IMG/VR virus record: IMGVR_UViG_3300031949_000046
Location: 1-56,118 of that record
Reading direction: 5' to 3' (one strand)
DNA from: a virus
Lineage: Duplodnaviria > Caudoviricetes
Length of the DNA stretch: 56,118 nt
Each line of letters opens with the position of its first letter. The stretch's first letter is position 1. Below the pieces are notes generated by a model, which ran no database searches, was not told the origin of the DNA, and saw only the letters and a program-made list of their open reading frames with translations. Shown one piece after another: positions 1-7,997 of this stretch. Position numbers and translations under genes: made by a program.

Positions 1-1
1 A

Positions 2-496
2 TTAGTAGCTGCTAAGCTTCTCCCTCAGTGCTTTTGCCCCTGGTGTGGTTGATGTGCGAACAACGTCCATAACTTCATTAATAAAGGCGCAGATACCAAC
101 AGAGACGCCCTTGCGCTTGCGGAGCGCCGTAACCTCGTATTGCATCCGTTCATGCGCCTGCGCCCATTGTTTGCACGCCTCGCGCCACCGGTCTCGATCT
201 TCTGCCAAATCCCGCATCGTCTCGGGATAGTCAGCGCAAGCTGTATCAGCAAGCTTAACCTCCATGTCATCAACCATGCGCCCCAACTCAATAGCCTCCG
301 CTTCAAGCTCTTTGAATTCGGCCTCTAGCTTGGACTGACTCTCCCTCATCTCCGCCAGCTCGGTAAGCGCGTCATCGCGTGTATCGGTGTGGAAGTTAAT
401 GCCGGTTGGCCACATGGTCAGGCCGTCAATATTCGTTTCTGTCAGATCGTGGCAGCGCACGCCGAAGACTAAGGCTCGTAGGGTTGAAATGGTCAT
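2..496 (-). CDS. hypothetical phage protein with coiled-coil
   Basis: 164-aa ORF with heptad-rich E/L/A middle; co-oriented with the early array. Confidence 0.7.
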   Translation of the reverse strand: MTISTLRALVFGVRCHDLTETNIDGLTMWPTGINFHTDTRDDALTELAEMRESQSKLEAEFKELEAEAIELGRMVDDMEVKLADTACADYPETMRDLAEDRDRWREACKQWAQAHERMQYEVTALRKRKGVSVGICAFINEVMDVVRTSTTPGAKALREKLSSY

Positions 497-525
497 AATT
501 TAGTAATGGTGAGTAAAACGGTCAT
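493..525 (-). CDS. 10-aa minigene MTVLLTITKL
   Basis: ATG 4 nt after a CCCGCAAC motif; its TGA overlaps the next ATG (ATGA). Confidence 0.4.
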   Translation of the reverse strand: MTVLLTITKL

Positions 526-537
526 TTCAGTTGCGGG

Positions 538-741
538 TTATTTCCGTTTGGTTGGTTGTTTCGTTTTGCAAATCCATGTGGTCGATCCGCCAAATTGCGG
601 ATACTTGGCCCAAGGTGGACAGGCCGGACATGTGCTGAATGTGCCCCAGCTGTAGGTTTCCCCGTAGTGGTTGGTTGACTTGCTGACGACATGGCCACAA
701 CGTTTGCAGGCGTATTTTTTGAGTGAGATTTTAGAGATCAT
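538..741 (-). CDS. small Zn-ribbon protein (67 aa)
   Basis: ATG at 741 just after the upstream stop; CKRC and CPAC pairs; C-terminal part of track ORF 538..1065. Confidence 0.65.
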   Translation of the reverse strand: MISKISLKKYACKRCGHVVSKSTNHYGETYSWGTFSTCPACPPWAKYPQFGGSTTWICKTKQPTKRK

Positions 742-742
742 C

Positions 743-1177
743 TTATTTAACCTCCCGCACGTTGGTAATATGGTCATGAGTTTCATAGAGCCGGAGATTG
801 GCCGCTTCCAGATCGGCGGCGCGGACAGTCTGCTCAAATTCATTAAACACGCCGATTGCTCCGCGAAGCCGTCCATTGAAACGGAGTGTGTAAAGTGTTC
901 CGCGCTCCTGCGGCAGAAACACAAACACATAACGCCCGTCAGGAATTTGTCCTGCCGCTTTTGGTAACGCCCATGTGTTGCGCTCGCTCGTGCCGTACTT
1001 GGCTGCATCCTCTTTGATGAACGAAGCGCACAAAGCCTCACAGGCTGCGCGGTGGTTGCCCTCAACGTCTAGGCCATCGTCCCATGACAGGATTATTGAA
1101 CCGCGTTCACATTTGGCGCGGACTCGCGACGGCTTGTAATTCGTCGCGCTGATATATTTTGTGATGATTGCTTGCAT
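743..1177 (-). CDS. hypothetical phage protein
   Basis: 144-aa ORF (MQAIITKYISATNYKPSRVRA...), tightly packed in the array. Confidence 0.75.
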   Translation of the reverse strand: MQAIITKYISATNYKPSRVRAKCERGSIILSWDDGLDVEGNHRAACEALCASFIKEDAAKYGTSERNTWALPKAAGQIPDGRYVFVFLPQERGTLYTLRFNGRLRGAIGVFNEFEQTVRAADLEAANLRLYETHDHITNVREVK

Positions 1178-1388
1178 GTTATTTCTCGCCGTATTTTTAG
1201 GCCGTGGCTCCCGGCTGTTGTTTTTATGGGTTGTGACTAAAATTAGTTAGTGCAAATTCGCCGCGCGTTTCGATTGCCTTTTTGTCATAAGCAAAAGCGG
1301 CTTCTTGTTTTGTCAGACTAAAGTTTTCGTTGCGTCACCGCCCCGCGCCTCGGCTGGCCTCGGGACGGCTTTGCCCGCAACAGGCAAG

Positions 1389-1952
1389 TTAGAGAGGTTT
1401 ATCGTTAGTGGCTACGATGAGCCTCAGGCTGGTTTCTAGCGCCAACAGCCGCGTTTTCTTTAGGTGAGCCGCGCCATTGTCGATATACTCGCGAAGCTGC
1501 TTTTCAGTCCCGGTAAAGCAGCCGCAGAAAAACGAGATAGAGCTGTCCTTCTTAAGCTGGATAGCTGTCAGCATTCGCCCACACTCACCATGGCCAGTAA
1601 AAACGATTTGAGAATGAGCATAAAGCGCAGAGCTGAGGTCCGCAGAGCTAAGGTTCGCAGAGCTGAGGTTCGCAGAGCGGAGGTCCGCAGAGCTGAGGTT
1701 CGCAGAGCGGAGGTTCGCAGAGCTGAGGTTCGCATAGCTGAGGTTCGCAGAGCTGAGGTCCGCAGAGCTGAGGTCCGCAGAGCGGAGGTCCGCATAGCTG
1801 AGGTCCGCAGAGCTAAGGCTCGCATAGAGGAGGTTCGCAGAGCGGAGGGATTTTTTGGAAGTTAACGCCGCTTTAACAGCGTCCGCGATGCACGAAAAAT
1901 CGCCCTCGATTATCACGTCGCCGAAAATGGTTTTGAGTTGGAAGTTAGCCAT
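1389..1952 (-). CDS. pentapeptide-repeat protein
   Basis: about 15 tandem A(D/N)L(S/R)(S/Y) repeats followed by an [10 protein letters not shown]-terminal motif. Confidence 0.92.
   Translation of the reverse strand: MANFQLKTIFGDVIIEGDFSCIADAVKAALTSKKSLRSANLLYASLSSADLSYADLRSADLSSADLSSANLSYANLSSANLRSANLSSADLRSANLSSANLSSADLSSALYAHSQIVFTGHGECGRMLTAIQLKKDSSISFFCGCFTGTEKQLREYIDNGAAHLKKTRLLALETSLRLIVATNDKPL
1626..1850. repeat. 15-bp tandem repeat encoding the pentapeptides
   Basis: units of cgcagagctgagg(t/c) and variants. Confidence 0.9.
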
Positions 1953-1970
1953 GGGATTAATTCGGGTTTT

Positions 1971-2342
1971 TTATTTGTTTAGGGTGGCGAGCGCGAGGGC
2001 GGATGAAGCAGCGTCAATTCTAGCCTTGCGCAAGGCGCTAAACTCTTCACCAGAAAGCCCGGTTTTCTTCCCGTCGTTTCCGCAGCCGTTGCCATGGACC
2101 ATGGCGGGACCGGTGATTTGGGCAAGGAGGTCAGATAGCGCACTCACTAGCGCGGCATGGGAGTTGCAGGCTTGCACAATAAACTCGGCGTTGGCCTCAT
2201 ACGTTGCTCTATCCCGGACTCCAGCGCGGTCTAAATATGCGACCGTCAAATCATCCGCGCCGTCGATAAATAGCTTTGTTCCTTTGGCTTCGTATGAATA
2301 CGGCGTAGGCGTATGCTTCTGTTCTGTTGCGGGGGTTGGCAT
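1971..2342 (-). CDS. hypothetical phage protein (HTP...ANAEFIVQACN type)
   Basis: likely start MPTPATEQKHTPTP at 2342; ANAEFIVQACNSH motif recurs in small phage proteins. Confidence 0.7.
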   Translation of the reverse strand: MPTPATEQKHTPTPYSYEAKGTKLFIDGADDLTVAYLDRAGVRDRATYEANAEFIVQACNSHAALVSALSDLLAQITGPAMVHGNGCGNDGKKTGLSGEEFSALRKARIDAASSALALATLNK

Positions 2343-2346
2343 GGGA

Positions 2347-2700
2347 TTAGTTATTAAGGGTTGACCAAACAGAAGCGGCGCAATCTGACTTTGCCGAGTA
2401 AGGCAACAGATCGAAGCCAAAAAACTTTTCATGCTCAGAAGTCATGGCGAACATGTAGCGGATGCGGTTGTCGCTTTGAAGAAAGCACGAAACGAAAAAC
2501 TTGGATTGGCCGGGATTCGCCACAAGGAACACGAACGGCGTTCCGTCTGCTTTCTTGAATAGCACGCCGTTTTTGCGCTTGGAATAAATACCGGACGCGG
2601 TGCCGCCGGATTGGAAAAGTGAATCAACGAGCGCGGATGCACTCGGGGCAAATCGGATGCCGTTGACGGTTAGCGTCTCGGGCTTTGTTTTTGTGTTCAT
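2347..2700 (-). CDS. hypothetical protein
   Basis: 117-aa ORF preceded by CCCGCAAC. Confidence 0.75.
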   Translation of the reverse strand: MNTKTKPETLTVNGIRFAPSASALVDSLFQSGGTASGIYSKRKNGVLFKKADGTPFVFLVANPGQSKFFVSCFLQSDNRIRYMFAMTSEHEKFFGFDLLPYSAKSDCAASVWSTLNN

Positions 2701-2776
2701 CTGTTGCGGGATGTGAAGTTAAGCGGTTTTGCCTCTGCTTCTGACCGTCGCCCCTTGCGAAGAGACGGGGGAAGGG

Positions 2777-3169
2777 TTAGCTAAGATAGATTTCCCCATC
2801 GTCACCCATATACATATCGCACGATCCGGCTGCATGGGACGCATCAGACAAGCGATGACATGCTACACAGCGGTCATCGGATCGCGAATATTCATCCCAG
2901 AAGCCAGACCCGTGTCCGTTGCGATTAAGCCAGAAACAATGTCCGGCGCGTTCGTCCGTCAGCTCGGCTAGTTCAATGTCGGCCGCATTATCGGCCTGAA
3001 ACTTTTCGCAGTCGGCAACGGCCTTTTGGATAGCTTCGTTGGCAATGTCGGAGATTGAATAATTGTCGTCGAACGGTTCGCCGCCTTGCGGCGTTGATCC
3101 GTCGCTTGATGACCAAAGGGCGCAAGCTAGGTAAGCCTGGCAGAATTTTGTGAGGGTTGGTGTTTTCAT
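2777..3169 (-). CDS. conserved hypothetical phage protein
   Basis: AYLACALWSS...AGHCFWLNRNGHGSGFWD pattern; preceded by CCCGCAAC. Confidence 0.8.
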   Translation of the reverse strand: MKTPTLTKFCQAYLACALWSSSDGSTPQGGEPFDDNYSISDIANEAIQKAVADCEKFQADNAADIELAELTDERAGHCFWLNRNGHGSGFWDEYSRSDDRCVACHRLSDASHAAGSCDMYMGDDGEIYLS

Positions 3170-3239
3170 GTTGCGGGATGTTGATTTGTTATTTTCTGCC
3201 CGTCGCCGCAGTGAAGGGAGATAGGGGAAAGGGTTAGCG

Positions 3240-3813
3240 TTATTTTGGAATAATGATTGGCATCATGACGCCCATAGCATCCATGCACTCAGGCGAGTAG
3301 TGAGCATTTCCGCCTTTGGCCTTTTCCGCCCTTAGATTCCCGCAAGGCTTCACACGAAAAGCCTTTATCCTGACCGATAAATTCCGGCGTAACACCACGG
3401 GAAGCGCCGATTGCCTCAGCCAATGAGAGCAGCAATTCAGGATCAAGTGAGACACTGTAAACCGTTTCATCCTTCGGAATTACTTGGTCACAGTTTGGAT
3501 AGTTGCCAAGCTCTGGCCGGCTGAAAGTCTGGCCGTCCTTTATGGTGAGCGCGCTATTGCACGAAAATTCCATGTCGTTAAGCTTGGCCGCTGCTTTGCG
3601 CGCTGCTTTCAAGGCGTCTTGCGTTACATAGCCCGCTGAATCGTGTTCACCGATCAACACCGGTACTACGGCCAAGATTCGGCCATTCGTCGCAAGCAGC
3701 CTTGCCGGATGAATTTGGTTTTCCAACTTTTGCAGATAGGCGCTATTCAAGATAGCGCGTGCTGCGTCACCTGAGCAGGCTTTTTCTATGAGGATATTTT
3801 TAGGGAGTTTCAT
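3240..3813 (-). pseudogene. DNA polymerase III beta-clamp-like protein, frameshifted near 3362
   Basis: ILNSAYL...LLATNGRILAVV...GNYPNCDQVIP in one frame; clamp-type end GVMMPI in another; removing one A joins them. Confidence 0.6.
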
Positions 3814-3854
3814 GTTGTTGCGGGTTGGTTTGAGGTTTAAGCGTGAGGGGAAAG

Positions 3855-4112
3855 TTAGGCTATCTCCCATTCATAGAGCGAGAATGAGAGTCCTTTAAGG
3901 TCATAGAGCGCGCAACCGGCCGACTCATCGTATCCGGGGTGAAATCCAGCGGGCTTACCTGTCGCGAAAAACTCCTTGGCCGGCATGTAGCGCGTTGCAA
4001 TGGCGGATACAGTAAGCTCGCGGGCACGCCATTTTTCGCCGTAGGGCACAAGCGACTCTTCCGTTAGGCGGATTTTTGCGCCGATTTTATGTTTGGGTTT
4101 TTGCGTTGTCAT
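3855..4112 (-). CDS. hypothetical protein
   Basis: 85-aa ORF in the array. Confidence 0.75.
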   Translation of the reverse strand: MTTQKPKHKIGAKIRLTEESLVPYGEKWRARELTVSAIATRYMPAKEFFATGKPAGFHPGYDESAGCALYDLKGLSFSLYEWEIA

Positions 4113-4130
4113 TTTCGTATGGGCGGAGGG

Positions 4131-4436
4131 TTAGAGCGTGCCAGTAATACGGGCATAACGAAAGTGTGCTGACCAATTTGCGCGGGAAATTGCGCTAACG
4201 CCAAACCCCATATCTAGTTGCGTTGCAAGTTTCGCCACCAAACAAGCGTTACGGATTCTTGCGGCATTCTCAGAATGTGAATTCGGACGCAATGCCTTTG
4301 GTGTGTCTGCATGGGTAAGCTGAGTATATGCGCCCATATGATCCGACGGCCTGACCATTGGCCGTGCATTAGCGAACGTTTGGGCCGGCTCAGCATAGAG
4401 CTGACGTGAGATGGAGCGGAGGTCTTGTGTTGTCAT
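4131..4436 (-). CDS. hypothetical protein
   Basis: 101-aa ORF preceded by two CCCGCAAC copies. Confidence 0.65.
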   Translation of the reverse strand: MTTQDLRSISRQLYAEPAQTFANARPMVRPSDHMGAYTQLTHADTPKALRPNSHSENAARIRNACLVAKLATQLDMGFGVSAISRANWSAHFRYARITGTL

Positions 4437-4463
4437 TGCGTTGCGGGCTTTGAGGGTTGCGGG

Positions 4464-4727
4464 TTAGGAGAGCAAAATTTTACCTTCGCCGAGTTCTGAA
4501 AAATCAAATACGAACCGGCCGGCGCTCATTGGATCGCCTGATTTTTTCAACCAAGTGCAATCGCAAGTGCTACTCCAAAGTATAAGCAGTTTGTGAGTTG
4601 GAAAGCCTTCCGGCACATTCGTGATTTGCTTCACACTCACATTTTCATTCTGCTTGCCTGGCTTCGCTAGCGGATGTGCAAGCGAGCATGAACCGGTGAT
4701 ATGGTTATCTTTTATCAGTATATTCAT
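4464..4727 (-). CDS. hypothetical protein, first gene of the leftward array
   Basis: 87-aa ORF preceded by CCCGCAAC. Confidence 0.6.
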   Translation of the reverse strand: MNILIKDNHITGSCSLAHPLAKPGKQNENVSVKQITNVPEGFPTHKLLILWSSTCDCTWLKKSGDPMSAGRFVFDFSELGEGKILLS

Positions 4728-4794
4728 TTTATTTTTTAGTTGCGGGTTGAAATGTCAGAGGCTTTGAGCGGGATTGCTCGGGCTGCTTCTGACT

Positions 4795-4830
4795 CCGGTA
4801 ATATACAACAAGCGCTTGCTATTTCATAGC
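4795..4830 (-). promoter_or_regulatory. putative leftward promoter with overlapping palindromic operator
   Basis: minus strand reads ATGAAA-TAGCAAGCGCTTGTTG-TATATT-ACCGG; CAAGCGCTTG palindrome at 4809-4818. Confidence 0.5.
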
Positions 4831-4864
4831 ACTATTTTTGCGCACACAACTCAACCGCCAATCA

Positions 4865-5044
4865 TCAAGCGCTTGCAACTGATTTTAGTTTCAGTCTTTT
4901 GTTTCTTCTTCGCGCAATAACAGACTTTTTTTGTGCCGCTTGCTTCGCTTCCCTTGATCCTGCTAGTCCGCCTCTCGCCCCCATTGCCCCCATTACTTCG
5001 CTAATCTGCTCTGCTGTTAGTTGGATCGGCTGCGTCTCATTCAT
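4865..5044 (-). CDS. small basic protein (59 aa, MGAMGARGG motif), absent from ORF track
   Basis: manual translation MNETQPIQLTAEQISEVMGAMGARGGLAGSREAKQAAQKKSVIARRRNKRLKLKSVASA. Confidence 0.65.
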   Translation of the reverse strand: MNETQPIQLTAEQISEVMGAMGARGGLAGSREAKQAAQKKSVIARRRNKRLKLKSVASA

Positions 5045-5205
5045 ATTGCTAGCGGTTGCTCAGGTCTTGCTGTCTGTCAAGCGCGAATATTTGTAGCGCC
5101 AGTATGCGAAAAAAGTATACTCACTTGGCATGCCGGCCTTCCGTGCTCGAAACTTTCTTTCCTAATTAGCTTGAATAACCAGACCGCTTAGGTTTCTATC
5201 TGCGC

Positions 5206-5433
5206 ATGAAATCCGAATTTGATCCCATCGCCCGGCGCATCGTGAACGCGCAAAACAACTTCGTGGCGAACGTCCAGAACATCGCCAACTGCACGAAGGC
5301 CGAAGCCGAGAAGGTGCTCGCGGTCTATCGCAAGGCGAAGGTGCTAAAGAATGATTTTGTGAATGGCCGCATCGACGTGAAGCACGGCGCCTTCCTCGAT
5401 GCCAAGACGATCCGCAACGCCATCGCCTCCTAA
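5206..5433 (+). CDS. hypothetical protein
   Basis: 75-aa ORF with GC3-rich codons; first gene of the rightward cassette. Confidence 0.75.
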   Translation: MKSEFDPIARRIVNAQNNFVANVQNIANCTKAEAEKVLAVYRKAKVLKNDFVNGRIDVKHGAFLDAKTIRNAIAS

Positions 5434-5434
5434 C

Positions 5435-5698
5435 GTGAACAAACCGACGCACCATGACATCGAAACCGCACTGAGCCACGGTCTGTGGCTCGTGGGTGAA
5501 GTGAGCACGGGAGAGGGCCGAATGCTCGCCGATCTAGCGACTGAAGTTTGCGCTCTGCGCGCGCTACTCATAAAGGAAAACGCCCGCATGGAATGGCTGC
5601 TTCCAAAGCAATACTCTCACACCACGCGTGCGGCCATAGATAGAGCCATCGAAAACGAGGCCATCGCTGAAAGCCAAACAGAAGCGCCCATCTGGTAA
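5435..5698 (+). CDS. hypothetical protein
   Basis: GTG start right after the previous stop; part of track ORF 5399..5698. Confidence 0.6.
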   Translation: MNKPTHHDIETALSHGLWLVGEVSTGEGRMLADLATEVCALRALLIKENARMEWLLPKQYSHTTRAAIDRAIENEAIAESQTEAPIW

Positions 5699-5704
5699 AA
5701 CATC

Positions 5705-5950
5705 ATGCCGACTAAATACCTAATCCTGCGATCCGCTGGCGACGTGTGCAAAAACACGGAAGTCGTATTCTACGACTCAGACAAGCAAACCCGCGAAGTC
5801 ATGTTCACTGGCAAACGCTGGTATGCGCGCCGCTTCCTTCGCGATCTACGGACCAGCATCGGATGGGAAACCGTATCGGCATACTGCGAGAAGCAGGGCC
5901 GCAACGGCCAACCAGGCTCCTGCGTCGAAATTCCGCTCGGAAAACTATGA
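5705..5950 (+). CDS. hypothetical protein
   Basis: 81-aa ORF; ATGA overlap with the next gene. Confidence 0.65.
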   Translation: MPTKYLILRSAGDVCKNTEVVFYDSDKQTREVMFTGKRWYARRFLRDLRTSIGWETVSAYCEKQGRNGQPGSCVEIPLGKL

Positions 5951-6102
5951 AGCGCAAGAACCCCGCAGCGGTGGCATTGGGTCGCAAGGGCGGCAAAGCA
6001 AACTCGGCCGCACAGAACGCGGCGCGGCGCGCGAACGGCGCTCTTGGGGGGCGTCCAAAGACCCCAGCGCGTTCGCCCGGCAAGCCCGAACACCGTGGAT
6101 GA
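5947..6102 (+). CDS. small basic nucleic-acid-binding protein (KNPAAVALGRKGG family)
   Basis: MKRKNPAAVALGRKGGKANSAAQNAARRANGALGGRPK. Confidence 0.75.
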   Translation: MKRKNPAAVALGRKGGKANSAAQNAARRANGALGGRPKTPARSPGKPEHRG

Positions 6103-6180
6103 CGCACGGCCCGGAGGCTCGGCGTAGGGGCGTTGCGTCTGGCCACATGTTAGGAATTTCAACCTCAAATCACGAATACT

Positions 6181-6654
6181 ATGGGCTGCGATATACACAC
6201 GATCACCGAAGTGAAAACACCGGACGGCTGGAAAGCCGCCCTGCTCGACAAACCCGCCTTCGACTGGCGGACATACCGCATGTATGGATTTCTGGCAGAC
6301 GTGCGGAACTACTCTGACACGCCCCCAATCTGCGCTCGGCGCGAATGGCCGGAGGACATCACGCAAGAGGCGAGAGACCTCCGCGAACGATGGGAAGGCG
6401 ACGCGCACAGCTTCACGCACCTGACGCTGGCCGAACTGCAAGCCTTCGACTACGCGCAGCCGGTGGAGGATCGCCGCGTGACCAAGCAAATCGGTCCGAA
6501 CGCATGGGACGGCGGCGCGACCGCTGAACCGGGCGGAGGGAAGATGACCACATACCGCGACTTCCTCGACACGGGATTCTTCGATGAGCTTCGCCGGCTC
6601 TCTGAGCTGGGCAAACCGGAAGACGTGCGCGTGCTCATGTTCTTCGACAACTGA
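6181..6654 (+). CDS. conserved hypothetical phage protein (MGCDIH...RVLMFFDN)
   Basis: MGCDIH N-terminus and FDN C-terminus typical of a widespread phage family. Confidence 0.85.
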   Translation: MGCDIHTITEVKTPDGWKAALLDKPAFDWRTYRMYGFLADVRNYSDTPPICARREWPEDITQEARDLRERWEGDAHSFTHLTLAELQAFDYAQPVEDRRVTKQIGPNAWDGGATAEPGGGKMTTYRDFLDTGFFDELRRLSELGKPEDVRVLMFFDN

Positions 6655-6656
6655 AG

Positions 6657-6760
6657 ATGCCCGCTCTTCGAAAGCCAAAGAGAAGCGCAAGAACCCCGCC
6701 GCCGTCTTAAAGCGATGGGAAAACCAAGCCCGGCAAGCCCGGCCAAGCCCGACTATGTAA
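6657..6760 (+). pseudogene. degenerate copy of the KNPAAV gene
   Basis: gaagcgcaagaaccccgc and cccggcaagccc repeated from 5949/6076; reads KRKNPAAVLKRW out of frame with the ATG at 6657. Confidence 0.55.
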
Positions 6761-7595
6761 TATCCAAGCGCTTGCTTGTATGCCCCAGAAATGTAGTTGC
6801 TAATTAAGCACAGACTTAATTAAGCTGGCACTTAAGTGGGATTTTTTGGGGTGAGTTATCAGGATCGGGCTTTTTTGCGGGCTGTTACCAGCACCTACTC
6901 TAATTAGAGTAGAATTAGGCGCTATATTGATGGTTATTTGCGGTAAAGTGTGGCGCTATATAGGTGGAAAGCGGGTAAATGATGGAATATGAGGATTTTA
7001 CAAACAAAAGCCACTTACTCTAACGTTAGAGTGGGATTTGCACTCATATCATCATATACAGATATGTTGATATGTTTTCTCTCGCTTCCTATTGATCTCC
7101 AGCTTTTTAAGTACATATCAATCTGGTCGATTTATTTGACCGCAATTTTGCCTGACAATGGAGTATTGTACGCAAGTCAATTGTCAACCACTTACACAGG
7201 TGACATGAGACATAACGTATGAGCGAGCTGAAACCAGGACTCAATCTCAGTTAAAGGCCGGCGGGGTGTTCCGGGGAATACCCTGGCGCGCTTTCCTACT
7301 ACATATGGGGACCGTCTCTCCTTTTTGCCATTCAGAAAAGATACAGACCCCGTAAAAACGCATTAGCCCTCGATTCCGTTCGATTCTAGGGGTTGAGCCT
7401 GTCGTGGTAGCCATCGAGGCCGCAAAGGGGCTAGGAATTGATCTGGCGGAGGCTGGAGTGATGCCTGATGAGGTCACGGCCGCCTTAATTAAGATTTTCT
7501 GTAATTAAGGGAGTGGGATGAAGTGTACTCGTTTTCAGATATACTTTGGTAGAGACGGGTATTTTTAGAATTCAGCGGGAATTAAAAACAGGTAT

Positions 7596-7985
7596 CCCCA
7601 TAACTCAATCCCCCGGACTTATGAAAAGCCCTACCCCATAAACGTCGGCCCCCATAAGTATTGGCCTATGTATATAGGCCATTATGGGGGCGACTTATGG
7701 GGAGTCCCCGAAAGTATACTTATGGGGACTTATGGGGACTTATGGGGAGTGATGCATATTGGAACACAAATAATGCCTATTTCGCTGCATATTAATAACT
7801 TGCCATACTCAAATAAGTTATTACATGGTATTTTTAAGCAGATGTATGTCATTATTTATTACGACCATTTTCACAAAAATAGTGTAAGAAAAAAGAACTT
7901 CCCCATAATGAAATATCTCGCAAAATGTTATTAATCAATGACCCCCATAAGTCGCAATTTGATCTACTATGACGCGACTTATGTT
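7596..7985. repeat. iteron-like (AC)TTATGGGG repeats, putative replication origin
   Basis: about 10 copies in both orientations, a central palindrome, an AT-rich block, and adjacency to the primase-helicase. Confidence 0.75.
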
Positions 7986-7997
7986 GCAAAAATACAG

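Noticed and set aside
1464-1865. Plus-strand ORF with RRAEV repeats (and alternative-frame 1568..1825)
   Set aside because: Shadow frames of the pentapeptide repeat
5044-5206. Leaderless sigma70 promoters (TTGACA at 5080 minus, TTGAAT at 5171 plus)
   Set aside because: The -35 boxes are well placed but there is no credible -10 at 16-18 bp spacing
5770-6690. 306-aa minus-strand ORF
   Set aside because: Antisense shadow of GC-rich plus-strand genes that have recognisable motifs
6989-7477. ORFs 6989..7222 and 7247..7477
   Set aside because: No motifs, atypical composition, isolated in a non-coding region
7596-7985. TTATGGGG repeats as CRISPR, or ORF 7668..7934 as a gene
   Set aside because: Repeats are 8-10 bp, irregular and inverted; the ORF just translates the repeats
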